A stretch of DNA of 64,000 bases from Amoebidium appalachense (taxonomy: Eukaryota > Protista > Ichthyosporea): NCBI GenBank assembly GCA_963693365.1, contig CAVNZM010000003.1:2617087-2681086 (forward strand), in the 5' to 3' direction. The notes beneath the pieces are model-generated. The model was not told where the DNA came from, did no database searches, and saw nothing but the letters and a program-made list of their open reading frames with translations. Positions within the stretch are counted from its first letter, which is position 1; each line of letters opens with the position of its first letter. The position numbers were made by a program, and so were the translations under genes. Of the stretch, positions 19,677 through 36,825 are shown piece after piece.

Positions 19677-20360
19677 ATGGCCACCTACAACGACGCGTTT
19701 GTCAGCGACAAATTGGCACGGATTGAAGGTGGGAAACGCGAAGTGGTGACCCCCGCGGGCCGCATCGACCTGCTCACAGACACGGACATCATCGAGGTCA
19801 AGCGCGCACCGCAGTGGAAGGCCGCACTCGGACAGGTGCAGGCGTACATGAAGTACTACCCGAGCCACCGACCACGGGTCCATCTGTTCGGCTATGCGTC
19901 AGCAGACGTGTTCAAGGTGGCCATCCAAACAATGTCAGACTTTAATATATGTGTGACGGTGGAACCTGACACGATGCAGCTTGTGTGGGGAAACCGACCA
20001 ACTGCTACGCCCTCCAGGCCACAGGCTGGTTCTGTTTCGGTGGAGGTACAGTTCTTGAAGGACGTGGCCAACGGATACGGTGTTGCAGCATCACAACTGG
20101 CGGAAGGGGGGATGTGGGTGACGACTGGCGGGATGCTGGAACTGATGCGCACCTGGGCGAGCACAAGGGGAACGGGTACGGAAATTCGGGTGGGATCCAA
20201 AAGGTTGGGTTCGTGCCTCAAAAAGGTCCTTGGGGAGCGCAGCTGGGTCTACTCGAATATGGTGAAAATAGGGAACCCCACATCGGAAACAACTATGGGG
20301 TATCGATTCGACAGAGACAAGGTCCTGAACTTTGAGAACAGCGGCCAGGCCGACGAATAG
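19677..20360 (+). CDS. PD-(D/E)XK nuclease fused to a helicase-type C-terminal domain (paralog of 15919..16587)
   Basis: GRIDLLTDTDIIEVKR..WKAALGQVQAY; EVQFLKDV..W..RLG..LKKVLG. Confidence 0.75.
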   Translation: MATYNDAFVSDKLARIEGGKREVVTPAGRIDLLTDTDIIEVKRAPQWKAALGQVQAYMKYYPSHRPRVHLFGYASADVFKVAIQTMSDFNICVTVEPDTMQLVWGNRPTATPSRPQAGSVSVEVQFLKDVANGYGVAASQLAEGGMWVTTGGMLELMRTWASTRGTGTEIRVGSKRLGSCLKKVLGERSWVYSNMVKIGNPTSETTMGYRFDRDKVLNFENSGQADE

Positions 20361-20562
20361 GGCGACCACATGCAGCACGCGCACGCCCGGGCGCGTGTGC
20401 GTCTGGAATCCATCAAACCCATGAACGGTAAAAAATGGGGGAAGCTCCGCGCGCGTACAATGCGCTGGCTGGCGAAACAGTCAAAGCCTGGTGTGGGGGG
20501 CTATTTTTAGGGATACCGGGTGTCTGTGTATGGTGTATTTTTTATTCGCACACTGTTATAGG

Positions 20563-20919
20563 ATGTCTGCGGTAGGCTACGACGAGGCGTTCGTGCGCGA
20601 GCGACTGGCCGCGCTCGAGGACGGCGTGTGCGAGGTGCGCACACGGGCCGGCCGGATCGACGTGCTGACGAGCACGCAGGTCATCGAGGTCCAGCGCGCG
20701 TCGCAGTGGAAGACGGCGATCGGAAACGTGCTCGCATACAGCCACTACTACCCCGACCGCCAACCGAGGATCCACCTGTTCGACTATGCGCCGGCAGACG
20801 TGTACAGGATTGCCGTGCAAACCATCACGTCGCTCAACATCACGCTTACAACCGAAGAGGACACGTTGCAGCTGATTTGGGGGGACGACGCGGGCAAAGA
20901 CGTAAAAGACGAAAAATAA
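20563..20919 (+). CDS. Stand-alone PD-(D/E)XK-like paralog, degenerate (EVQ)
   Basis: GRIDVLTSTQVIEVQRASQWKTAIGNV. Confidence 0.7.
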   Translation: MSAVGYDEAFVRERLAALEDGVCEVRTRAGRIDVLTSTQVIEVQRASQWKTAIGNVLAYSHYYPDRQPRIHLFDYAPADVYRIAVQTITSLNITLTTEEDTLQLIWGDDAGKDVKDEK

Positions 20920-21019
20920 ATAGAGAAGGCACGGGCAAAAAGTCAAAGCAGCGCAGAGTTGGCCAATAAACGGTCAAAGCTAGCGCGAAGTAGTGAATAT
21001 TCAACGAAGCTAGCGCACA

Positions 21020-21089
21020 CGGTAATAGCGCTCATGACCCTACTCTCAAACAACACAGGTGCAAGCGCACGCATATCCCCCCCCCCCCC

Positions 21090-21127
<38 letters not shown>

Positions 21128-21243
21128 GCGCCCGGTGATAGCGCTGATGACCCATCTCTCCAACAACACATGTGCAAGCGCACCGTGATTGCGCTCACGA
21201 CCCTACTCTCAAACAACACAGGTGCAAGCGCACGCATTCCCCC

Positions 21244-21297
<54 letters not shown>

Positions 21298-21386
21298 GCG
21301 CCCGGTGATAGCGCTGATAACCCATCTCTCCCACATGCGCTCATGACCCTACTCTCAAACAACACAGGTGCAAGCGCAAGCATTGC

Positions 21387-21417
<31 letters not shown>

Positions 21418-21477
21418 ACACACAAAGCGCCCGGTGATAGCGCTGATGACCCATCTCTCCAACATGCGCAAGCATTA

Positions 21478-21513
<36 letters not shown>

Positions 21514-21658
21514 ACCCACCCACCCCCCTACACACGCACAAACACAAAGCGCCCGGTTATAGCGCTCATGCCCCTTCTCTCACACAACACATGTGGAAGC
21601 ACCCGGTGATAGCGCTCATGAGCCTACACTCAAACATAACAGGTGCAACCACACGCAT

Positions 21659-21740
<82 letters not shown>

Positions 21741-21905
21741 ACACACGTACAAACACAAAGCGCCCGGTGATAGCGCTCATGCCCCTTCTCTCACACAACA
21801 CATGTGGAAGCGCCCGGTGATAGCGCTCATGAGCCTACACTCAAACATAACAGGTGCAACCACACGCATTGCCCCCACCCCCCCCACCCCCCCCCCCCCC
21901 CACCC

Positions 21906-21963
<58 letters not shown>

Positions 21964-22104
21964 ACACACGTACAAACACAAAGCGCCCGGTGATAGCGCT
22001 CATGCCCCTTCTCTCACACAACACATGTGGAAGCGCCCGGTGATAGCGCTCATGAGCCTACACTCAAACATAACAGGTGCAACCACACGCATTGCCCCCA
22101 CCCC

Positions 22105-22202
<98 letters not shown>

Positions 22203-22331
22203 ACACACGTACAAACACAAAGCGCCCGGTGATAGCGCTCATGCCTCTTCTCTCACACAACACATGTGGAAGCGCCCGGTGATAGCGCTCTTGCGCCTAC
22301 ACTCAAACATAACAGGTGCAAGCACACGCAT

Positions 22332-22366
<35 letters not shown>

Positions 22367-22736
22367 ACCCCCCTCCCCCCACACACGCACAAACACAAAG
22401 CGCCCGGTAATAGCGCTCATGCCCCTTCTCTCAAACAACACATGTGGAAGCGCCCGGTGATAGCGCTCACAACCCTGCTCTCAAACAACACATGTGGAAG
22501 CGCCCGGTGATAGCGCTCATGACCCTACTCTCAAACAACACATGTGCAAGCGCACGCATTGGACCCCCCCCCCCCCCCCCCCCCCCCCTCACACACACAC
22601 ACACACACACATGCACACGGTGGCTGCGTATCACCGTGCGCTTGCACCTGTGTTGCTTGAGAGTAGGGTCATGAGCGCTATCACCGTGCGCTTGCACCTG
22701 TGTTGTTGGCGAGTAGGGTCATGATCGCTATCACCA
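21020..22736. repeat. Complex modular repeat array with inverted terminal copies
   Basis: Modules aagcgcccggtgatagcgctcatg / ctcaaacaacacaggtgcaagcgcacg separated by poly-C and (CA)n; reverse-complement copies at ~22630-22736. Confidence 0.85.
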
Positions 22737-22836
22737 TACCCTTGCTCATGAGCGCCCCCCCCCTCCCCCCCCCCCAAACCCTCCTCCCATCTGCCCGCAC
22801 AACCCCAACCCCACATTATATCGTGCACCGGGTAAC

Positions 22837-23229
22837 ATGGACGCTGGCGCACCCCTTCCCCCACCCAGCCCATTCGCACCCCCTCCCCCGATCCGCACAA
22901 GCCCGCGCAGCACCCCCGGGCCCTCCCCCATCCTACTGGCCATCCTGGCCGGCCTGATCCTCTACGTGCTCTGGGACACGTTCAGCCCACGTGTGCGGCG
23001 GCGCCTGGCAGTGCTCAAGTGCCAGCGCGCGTGCCCAATGTGTGCCAGCTGCGGCAGCTGCGTTCCCCGCCGCAAGTGTGCGCACTGCCCCCGCTGCCAC
23101 GTGTGCGGTGCCAGCCCCACTCGGTGCGCACAGTGCCCCGCATGCACGCGCTGCCCGCCCGAGCAGAAGTGCCCGGCGTGCCCCACGTGTGCGCATGCGC
23201 CTGCGGTGGTGATCAAGGAGCGCACTTGA
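22837..23229 (+). CDS. Small membrane protein with CxxC-repeat Cys-rich tail
   Basis: TM segment ILLAILAGLILYVLW followed by many CxxC motifs. Confidence 0.65.
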   Translation: MDAGAPLPPPSPFAPPPPIRTSPRSTPGPSPILLAILAGLILYVLWDTFSPRVRRRLAVLKCQRACPMCASCGSCVPRRKCAHCPRCHVCGASPTRCAQCPACTRCPPEQKCPACPTCAHAPAVVIKERT

Positions 23230-23265
23230 AGGGTTGGGTGAGCAGAGATTTTTGTGGCATAGAGT

Positions 23266-23526
23266 ATGGCGTACCAATGGGAGTACAAGCTGAAGGAGGA
23301 GCCCGGCAAGGCACCCGTGGTGCAGGCAACTATTGTGCCGACCGAGGCCACCACCCGGCGGACGCAGATGGAGCAACGAGCATACGCACAAGAGCTTGCG
23401 GAAAAGGGCTATATAGATCTGCCCGATGAGTTGGCGGAGAAGTGTGGATTCAAGAAGTGGGTGCCGAAGAATCAACGACAGACAGCAATTGTACTGCAGA
23501 AGATGATGGAGCCTGAGGATGCATAG
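23266..23526 (+). CDS. Hypothetical protein, 86 aa
   Basis: Clean ORF with coding-like composition and an ATTTTTGT motif upstream. Confidence 0.55.
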   Translation: MAYQWEYKLKEEPGKAPVVQATIVPTEATTRRTQMEQRAYAQELAEKGYIDLPDELAEKCGFKKWVPKNQRQTAIVLQKMMEPEDA

Positions 23527-23718
23527 AGACCTACACACAAAGGATGAATGGACTTACACCACAAACATGGAAAATGTAAATGACGAGAGAATCTCCACAA
23601 ACATGGAAAATGTAAATGACGAGAGAATCTGTTGGGATGTTTAATTTTGATGAGCTGGAGTCTATCTCCCCCCCCCCTCCCCTTCACCGTTCAATGAAAA
23701 CTTGGTAGCATGTGTATC

Positions 23719-23985
<267 letters not shown>

Positions 23986-24230
23986 CAATGTACGTGCCAG
24001 TGTGCTTGTACACAGATTGAAAAGGAGACTTGGGGTATATTAAATGGAGTCTCTCCCGCTACCACGGGCAAATACATTCAATAATCATTACGGAAACTTG
24101 GTACTGTTACCGGGCAAATACAATATACATGAAAATTTGGATAAGATTGAAGCAGATCACATTCGAATAAACATTACAGAAAACTTGGTATGAAAACTTT
24201 GTACCACGTCTTTCCTCCACCACACCCATC

Positions 24231-24857
24231 ACAAACCCCTATAGATGTGGATGTGTGCCTACTGCCCACACCACCACAAATACGTTTCCCCCACCGCACC
24301 CACCACAAACCCTAAGTAAGATGTGAATGTGGGGCCTACCCGCCGCCACCACTACAACTACGTTTCCCCCACCGCACCCACCACAAACCCCAAGTAAGAT
24401 GTGAATGTGGGGCCTACCCGCCGCCACCACTACAACTACGTTTCCCCCACCGCACCCACCACAAACCCTAAGTAAGATGTGAATGTGGGGCCTACCCGCC
24501 GCCACCACTACAACTACGTTTCCCCCACCGCACCCACCACAAACCCTAAGTAAGATGTGAATGTGGGGCCTACCCGCCGCCACCACTACAACTACGTTTC
24601 CCCCACCGCACCCACCACAAACCCTAAGTAAGATGTGAATGTGGGGCCTACCCGCCGCCACCACTACAACTACGTTTCCCCCACCGCACCCACCACAAAC
24701 CCTAAGTAAGATGTGAATGTGGGGCCTACCCGCCGCCACCACTACAACTACGTTTCCCCCACCGCACCCACCACCAACCCTAAGTAAGATGTGAATGTGG
24801 GGCCTACCCGCCGCCACCACTACAACTACGTTTCCCCCACCGCACCCACCACAAACC

Positions 24858-24860
<3 letters not shown>
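24231..24860. repeat. 78-bp minisatellite, ~8 copies, immediately 3' of the JmjC stop codon
   Basis: Unit aaaccctaagtaagatgtgaatgtggggcctacccgccgcc...cacccaccac. Confidence 0.9.
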
Positions 24861-29910
<5,050 letters not shown>

Positions 29911-30025
29911 GTTGCTGTGTGTGTTTTTGTGATGTGTGTAATTGTGAGCACCCTCTGCCTGTAAGACTGTCTGTGAGAGCGCTCTGTCTGTGTGCTTGTG
30001 CCACCGTGTTGTAGCGCTCGTGCTT

Positions 30026-30162
<137 letters not shown>

Positions 30163-30462
30163 AATCGTTCCTAGGAAAGCTCGTGCATGCGCGCGCTATG
30201 TTTTTTGTGTCCAGTCTAACAATGTTTGTGTTTAGCAGAACTCGTTTGTGTGTGTGCTCTGTTTTCGTATCCCAAACAATCTACGATTGTGTGCATAAGC
30301 CTAAAATGTGCCTCGCACAGGGAAACATGAAGGAAATTCTATGTATCTGTATTGGCTAAAAAAGGGGACAACTGATAGCGCGGTGTGCACAGGTTATTAT
30401 AACAAGTTTCTTTGTTGTTTTCGTTCTGTTTTTGGCAATCTAGCCTATTTGTAATTACAATG

Positions 30463-30728
30463 GAAACATGTACAACAGCAGCGCCGGGCGAAAGTGACAC
30501 GAACTGGTGTGGTGCGCTTGATTATGTTTGAAACATGCACAACAGCAGCGCTGGGCGAAAGTGACACGAACTGATGTGGTGCGCCTGATTACGTTTGAAA
30601 CATGCACAACAGCAGCGCTGGGCGAAAGTGACACGAATTGGTGTGGCGCGCTTGGTTATGTTTGAAACATGTACAACAGCAGCGCCGGGCGAAAGTAACA
30701 CGAACTGGTGTGGTGCGCTTGGTTATAT
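30463..30728. repeat. 67-bp tandem repeat, 4 copies
   Basis: gaaacatg recurs at 30463, 30530, 30597 and 30664. Confidence 0.88.
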
Positions 30729-32210
30729 TTGTTCGTTCGGGAATCAAGATGGACTCTTGTAATTTCTCCGTTGTATATAGAGCGCAAAGAGAGTGTTGAA
30801 CATATATTCTCATTTCGCAAAGCTTGAAGCAAGCAAGAAAATCACGTTTTTGATGACTGGCCAATTAATGTTTTGTTCAGTTTGGCCAATGGAATCACTG
30901 ATTGGCGCGTACGTGATAATAAGCTAATCAGTGAGATCGGCTAATAATAGTTTGGGTAGCAAGGCCAGCCTGCCCAACCAAGACCCTTTTGCGAGTAACA
31001 ATTGTGATTTATTCTAATAGGCAATAAATATTAAAAAAGCATAATTTATTTATGTTTATTTATACTTTACGCGGACACAGACATTTGCTTGGAATTTTGT
31101 TTGGAAAGGGTCCTGTGAATCTGGTCTTCGAAAAGCGTTGCAGCCTTGAGTCACGGTGTATTGACCAACTAGATTGTACCAATGCCGATAAGCGCTTGCC
31201 TAGAGTTGGGCCAGTGCCCGATCACGTTGACCCAACCATTATTCACCAATCACCGATTGGTTTTGTTGGCTGGCGCATTTACGTGATGACTGGCCAATGA
31301 AATTACTTAGTGACTGATAGCAGCACCGACCCTGGAGCGTTTTGACTGAGCAAGGAATAAGGGAAATCCTAAAAGAGGGTTGTATGTTTTATGACATATA
31401 AGGTTCTATAAATAAACAACCATGCGCTTGGGATTTTGGTTGGAAAGCGTTTTGTATTTGCCCAATTTGAATCCGATGCTTCGATTTCGGTCAATCAGAA
31501 TACCCTGAGCATCAGCGCCGCGAATCACGTGGGGCAAGAACCAACCCCTATGCACCAATCAAACGCTTGCACGTAAAAAGGTCCGCGAATAAGATGTTGT
31601 GAAAGCGTATATCCTTCGATGTTTTAAACTAGCGCTCGTTTTGTCCTGTATATTATATTTTTATTTCGTATATTCACCTTTTTTATACAGTTTACCTGTG
31701 AACCAAACACGATTAGAGATATATTCGCTAACAGCGCCAAAAGGTTCTGTTTTTCTTATGCTTGATTCTCGTAACATAAGATCGTATTTTGCGCAATGGC
31801 TTCACATAAATTATTGATGACGGTTTTTTTATATCAGTTCACAGCGCTGTCATTTTCTACTTTTCTGATTCTTTTGTTCATGGCTGTGTTTGCACACGAC
31901 GGTGTTTGCCTAGAGAAACGTAACACTCTCTTTTTTTTTTCTTTTTCTCTTGTTCACGACTGGGTTTGCACAGGACTGTGTTTGCGCAGAGAAACGTAAC
32001 ACTCTTTTTTTTACTTTTTCCTTTGTTCACAACAGAGAATCGTATTCGTAGCACTTTCTTTTTTTTTTTGCCTTTTTCCCTTGTTTTTTTTTTTCCTTTT
32101 TCCCTTGTTCACGACTGGGTTTGCACACGACTGTGTTTGCGCAGAGAAACGTAAGACTTCCTTTCTTTTTTTCCCTTTGTTTATCCTTTTTTTTTGTGAA
32201 AACTGTCACG

Positions 32211-33356
32211 ATGGATTATTCCCAGCAAGCTCCCGGGTCGGGGTCATACGAAACCAACATCAGCAAGTCCGCCGACCCCGTCACAACGCAAGCCCCCCCC
32301 CCCATCCAACCCCCCCCCCCACACTCCGGCGGCGAAGTCCCCTCCCCAACCAACCCCCCCCACACTCAGGCTCCGGCGGCGACGTCCCCCCCCCCATCCA
32401 ACCCCCCCCAGTGCCATTGCCTCTGCATTGGCAAAGGTCGGTACTGCGGCCACTGCACCCGCTGTCACCACCCCAACCACCGAATTGCAGGAGAAGCTGG
32501 AAGCCGCAGAGAAAGAATTACAAACGAAGGATCACGACATCCAAATCCTTAAGGGGGAAATTGCCGAGCTAAAATCGGCGGCGGCCAAACAAAAACACCT
32601 TGCAGATGCAAAGGAACAGGTGTTATCGGCAAAGAATCGGGACCTCGAAGGGCAGCTTGTTGGAAAGGTGGCCGATATCCTGGAGCATCAGACTGAAGGG
32701 GAAAGATACCGGGCCGAGATTACCAAGCTTCAGTCACACATTGCGACCATGAGGGAATCATACCGTAGAACAATCGACGAGAGCACACAGAAACTTCGTG
32801 ATTGGAATGACCCCCAGCCCCTCCCCGACATTACCGTCCAACACGGTCTCGCCCCCCCCCTCCCCCCCCTGGTACGACCAATCAAAATCCCATCCCCACC
32901 CTCCCCCCGCCCGGTACCACTCAGCCCAAAACCCCCCTCAACCTCCCCCTGCCCATTCTCCCCCTCCCCCCACCTGTCATGCCCGTACCCCCCTTCAATC
33001 CGTCCCTCACCACCGTTACCAGCACCCAATCCCACACTTTTGGTGCCTCCATGATGTCGAACCCCTCTGCATATTCCCAGGGTTCAAAGAGAGGGGTGTC
33101 AGATATTTCTTTTGGTGTGTACAAACGGCACCGCCAGGAAGAGACGTCATTTGAGACGGCATTAGATGAGGAATTGGAGGACATGATGGCTTTGGGCGAG
33201 AAGGTCAAGGGGAAGAAAGGGAAAGAAAGTGGTCGAGCAAAGAAACCAAAACAGAGTCAGAAACCAGCCCCTGCCCGCAGTGGCAGGACACGAGCAAAGC
33301 AAGTTTCAGATATACAGGTTATTCACGGGGACAGTGATGAAGACGATGAAGATTAG
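32211..33356 (+). CDS. Pro-rich/coiled-coil protein with basic-acidic tail, split across three frames at poly-C tracts
   Basis: Consecutive ORF segments (MDYSQQ, ELQEKLEAAEKEL, KRHRQEE..DSDEDDED); breaks fall in C homopolymers. Confidence 0.55.
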
Positions 33357-33699
33357 GTTGGGAGTGGTGAGGGGTGTGTTTTGATTTTGTTGTATGTGTC
33401 AGGGGCTGGGTATGGCCACAGGGGCTGGCTGATGTATTTTAATATATGACTGTTGATACTGGTAGCACCTTACGGTTTCTGTATTTATGTTAACGAGCAT
33501 CTTATGGATCATAGCATGTAGGCATCTTTTTTTTCTGGTTCTGGATGGTTTAGTATCTTGTGGTTATTATATATGTACAAGTCTTCTGGATGGTTTAGTA
33601 TCTTGTGGTTATTATATATGTACAAGTCTTGTTTTGCTGTTTTCAACCGATTAAATATCGATTGTATACAAAGAAGTCCAGGTCCCTTTTGGTACACAC

Positions 33700-34231
33700 T
33701 TGCATGCACGTTCAAAGTCTCCCCCCCCCCCCCCCCACACACACACACACACTCCCTCCCCATGCATGCATGCCCGTGTGGCACACAGTTTGTGTGCTTT
33801 CATAAGTCTATCGATGCATGCACGTTCAAAGTCTCCCCCCCCCCCCACCTTACCCTAAACCCTAAACCCCGTGCATGCATGCCCGTGTGGCACACAGTTT
33901 GTGTGCTTTCATAAGTCTATTGCATGCACGTTCAAAGTCTCCCCCCCCCCCCCCCCCTCCCCCTCCCCACACTCCCTCCCCATGCATGCATGCCCGTGTG
34001 GCACACAGTTTGTGTGCTTTCATAAGTCTATTGCATGCACGTTCAAAGTCTCCCCCCCCCCCCACCCCCCCCCCCCCCCCCCCCCCCCCCCCACCCCACA
34101 CTCCCTCCCCATGCATGCATGCCCGTGTGGCACACAGTTTGTGTGCTTTCATAAGTCTATCGATGCATGCATGCCCGTGTGGCACACAGTTTGTGTGCTT
34201 TCATAAGTCTATTGCATGCACGTTCAAAGTC

Positions 34232-34288
<57 letters not shown>

Positions 34289-34875
34289 ACCCCACACTCC
34301 CTCCCCATGCATGCATGCCCGTGTGGCACACAGTTTGTGTGCTTTCATAAGTCTATCGATGCATGCATGCCCGTGTGGCACACAGTTTGTGTGCTTTCAT
34401 AAGTCTATTGCATGCACGTTCAAAGTCTCCCCCCCCCCCCCCACCCCCCCCCCCCCCCCCCCCACCCCACACTCCCTCCCCATGCATGCATGCCCGTGTG
34501 GCACACAGTTTGTGTGCTTTCATAAGTCTATTGCATGCACGTTCAAAGTCTCCCCCCCCCCCCACCCCCCCCCCCCTCCCCCCCCCCCCCCCCCCCCCCC
34601 CCCCCCACCCCACACTCCCCTCCCCATGCATGCATGCCCGTGTGGCACACAGTTTGTGTGCTTTCATAAGTCTATCGATGCATGCATGCCCGTGTGGCAC
34701 ACAGTTTGTGTGCTTTCATAAGTCTATTGCATGCACGTTCAAAGTCTCCCCCCCCCCCCCCCACCCCCCCCCTCCCCCCCCCCACCCCACACTCCCTCCC
34801 CATGCATGCATGCCCGTGTGGCACACAGTTTGTGTGCTTTCATAAGTCTATCGATGTATATTGCATGCACGTTTA
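33700..34875. repeat. Tandem array of a ~70-bp unit plus poly-C
   Basis: catgcatgcccgtgtggcacacagtttgtgtgctttcataagtctat repeated more than 10 times. Confidence 0.9.
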
Positions 34876-34883
34876 AAGTATTT

Positions 34884-35273
34884 ATTTCCCCTCTTTTTGC
34901 ACACACAGCTTTGCACACACAGCAACTGTCTTTTTATTGTATCCACTTTGGGTATGAAGCGCTGGCGCTGGGTTTGTCGTATACTCCACTTCGGGGCTTT
35001 TGTATGCAGCGCTTATTTCCCCTCTTTTTGCACACACAGCTTTGCACACACAGCAACTGTCTTTTTATTGTATCCACTTTGGGTATGAAGCGCTGGCGCT
35101 GGGTTTGTCGTATACTCCACTTCGGGGCTTTTGTATGCAGCGCTCATTTCCCCTCTTTTTGCACACACAGCTTTGCACACACAGCAACTGTCTTTTTATT
35201 GTATCCACTTTGGGTATGAAGCGCTGGCGCTGGGTTTGTCGTATACTCCACTTCGGGTCTTTTTGTATGCAGC
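34884..35273. repeat. 131-bp tandem repeat, 3 copies
   Basis: atttcccctctttttgcacacac at 34884, 35015 and 35146. Confidence 0.9.
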
Positions 35274-35299
35274 GCTGGCGCGGTGACACGTCAATCGGA

Positions 35300-35620
35300 T
35301 TAAAAGTCCGAGTGACTTGTTTGTCTCAGAGCGGTGTCGTACTCCGCAGCACCCGTCTTCTTATTGAAATAGTATATGACTGCATACATCAATGGTGTAA
35401 CCAATAAACATGTGAGGACAATAGCAGCGCTGACGTACACCAGATACATTTTGTTCACTTTCTCTCTAGCATTCGGTTCGGACTTCATTAAATTGTACCA
35501 GTGTATATTTGCAACGACACTGCATATAGATATCACATAAAGAATGCCTGTGGTGACCGTGCTGTCGAACATGTACGTGTACCTCACAAAACTTTCAGTA
35601 TCCGACGTGTTACACCCCAA
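35300..35620 (-). CDS. Hypothetical two-TM membrane protein (start uncertain)
   Basis: Two hydrophobic segments, GILYVISICSVVA and YLVYVSAAIVLTCLLVTPLMYAVIYY. Confidence 0.4.
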   Translation of the reverse strand: MGCNTSDTESFVRYTYMFDSTVTTGILYVISICSVVANIHWYNLMKSEPNAREKVNKMYLVYVSAAIVLTCLLVTPLMYAVIYYFNKKTGAAEYDTALRQTSHSDF

Positions 35621-35876
35621 AAGTGACCTCTCTGAGATCTTGCCTGTGGTACAAACTCTTGATGCCGTGTTGCTCTTGTGTTTTACCAGTACCCCTCTCT
35701 CCAGATGCCGAATTTAGATTGGAATTCGTGAATACACCCATGTGATTGGTCAGTGGTTTGGCACCAAGAGATTGATTGATATGCCATCAACCAGTCAACA
35801 AAAAGTACTCGCTTTTACTTTTTGTCTCGCTTCACCCCAATCCAAGAACAGTGCACACCAAAACAAAACACTAGAA

Positions 35877-36194
35877 ATGGGAGACGCACTTTTGCGCCCC
35901 GATTCGGTTGACCCCGAACGATGCCCTGCATTTGCACCCTCAAAAAAAGCCCAGTGCAAAAACAAAAAGAAAACATGCCCACACCACAAGGACGGCTTCA
36001 AGCCCTGGGTATGCTTTGCCCCTGCCACCGGTGTCCTCCTCTACAGCGACAACACCATCAACATCCTCCACCCCCACAAGGCCGGGGACTATGCTCATGC
36101 AAACCTCCTGCTGGACGACCTCCTGGCCGCCTTTACAGTCGCAGAAATGCAGCGCCCTCGCACCGAGCGCACCGGGGTACCTGTCATGTGCTGA
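35877..36194 (+). CDS. Small protein with C..C..C-HH zinc-binding motif
   Basis: RCPAFAPSKKAQCKNKKKTCPHHK. Confidence 0.5.
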   Translation: MGDALLRPDSVDPERCPAFAPSKKAQCKNKKKTCPHHKDGFKPWVCFAPATGVLLYSDNTINILHPHKAGDYAHANLLLDDLLAAFTVAEMQRPRTERTGVPVMC

Positions 36195-36825
36195 GCTGAT
36201 TCGTATTAGTTTGCTTCTATAATTCGTGTTTTGGTGAGTGAATTTCGGGGGTTTTCTTGCATAGTGATGCCGGGGTCTAAGTGGGGTATGAGGAGATTAA
36301 TCAGTGGTATGGGGAGAACCTGATGCGGCGGCGGCTGATTGTTAAAGGTGCGCGCGTGCATGCACCATGCCTCTGCGTACTCTCCATGTTAAATGTTGTA
36401 TTGCTTCTTGCTGTGTGCGTGGCGAGACCCATGTTGCCTGCTCGCGTGTGTGTATGCTTATATGTATTGTGAGTAAACGTGTGTACGTGTTGTAGTGCTG
36501 TAGGGGTGTCTGAGGTCGCGGTAGCCAATGGTGTGGAGTGCGTGTAGTCTGTGGGGGGAGGGAGTGTTGTGATTGGCTGAATGTCACTGTGGTATTTGTC
36601 TGGCCAGTGGGCCGCGTGTCTGTGAAGTGTCTCGCGGGGTCGCGGGCTTTTGGAAGTTCTTCTCAGAACACAAAAAACTCGCTTCCCACCCAACTCAAAG
36701 AAAAGTTTATACGTATACACGGTTTCGAGCCCCTTTAAGCGTGCAGATAGTTAGAGTAGTTTGTATACACTCTGTTTGTTGCCACGACAGTACCCGCGCT
36801 GACTGTGTCCACTCCGGATCCACCC

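Larger units (their letters stand above)
1..23530. mobile_element. Giant endogenous viral element (Nucleocytoviricota-like), core intronless gene block; left end lies outside the window and the element may extend to ~38.2 kb
   Basis: Dense intronless ORFs with NCLDV-typical families (A22-like resolvase, KilA-N/T5orf172, SF3 helicase, penton-like protein, CE protease, IS607-Fanzor), on the same contig as an intron-rich eukaryotic ABCB gene. Confidence 0.85.

Noticed and set aside
21020-22620. CRISPR-like repeat/spacer array
   Set aside because: Intervening sequences are poly-C/(CA)n rather than unique spacers; no cas genes; eukaryotic context
33700-34875. CRISPR-like array with palindromic repeat gcacacagtttgtgtgc
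   Set aside because: Spacers are only variable C runs, so it is a minisatellite
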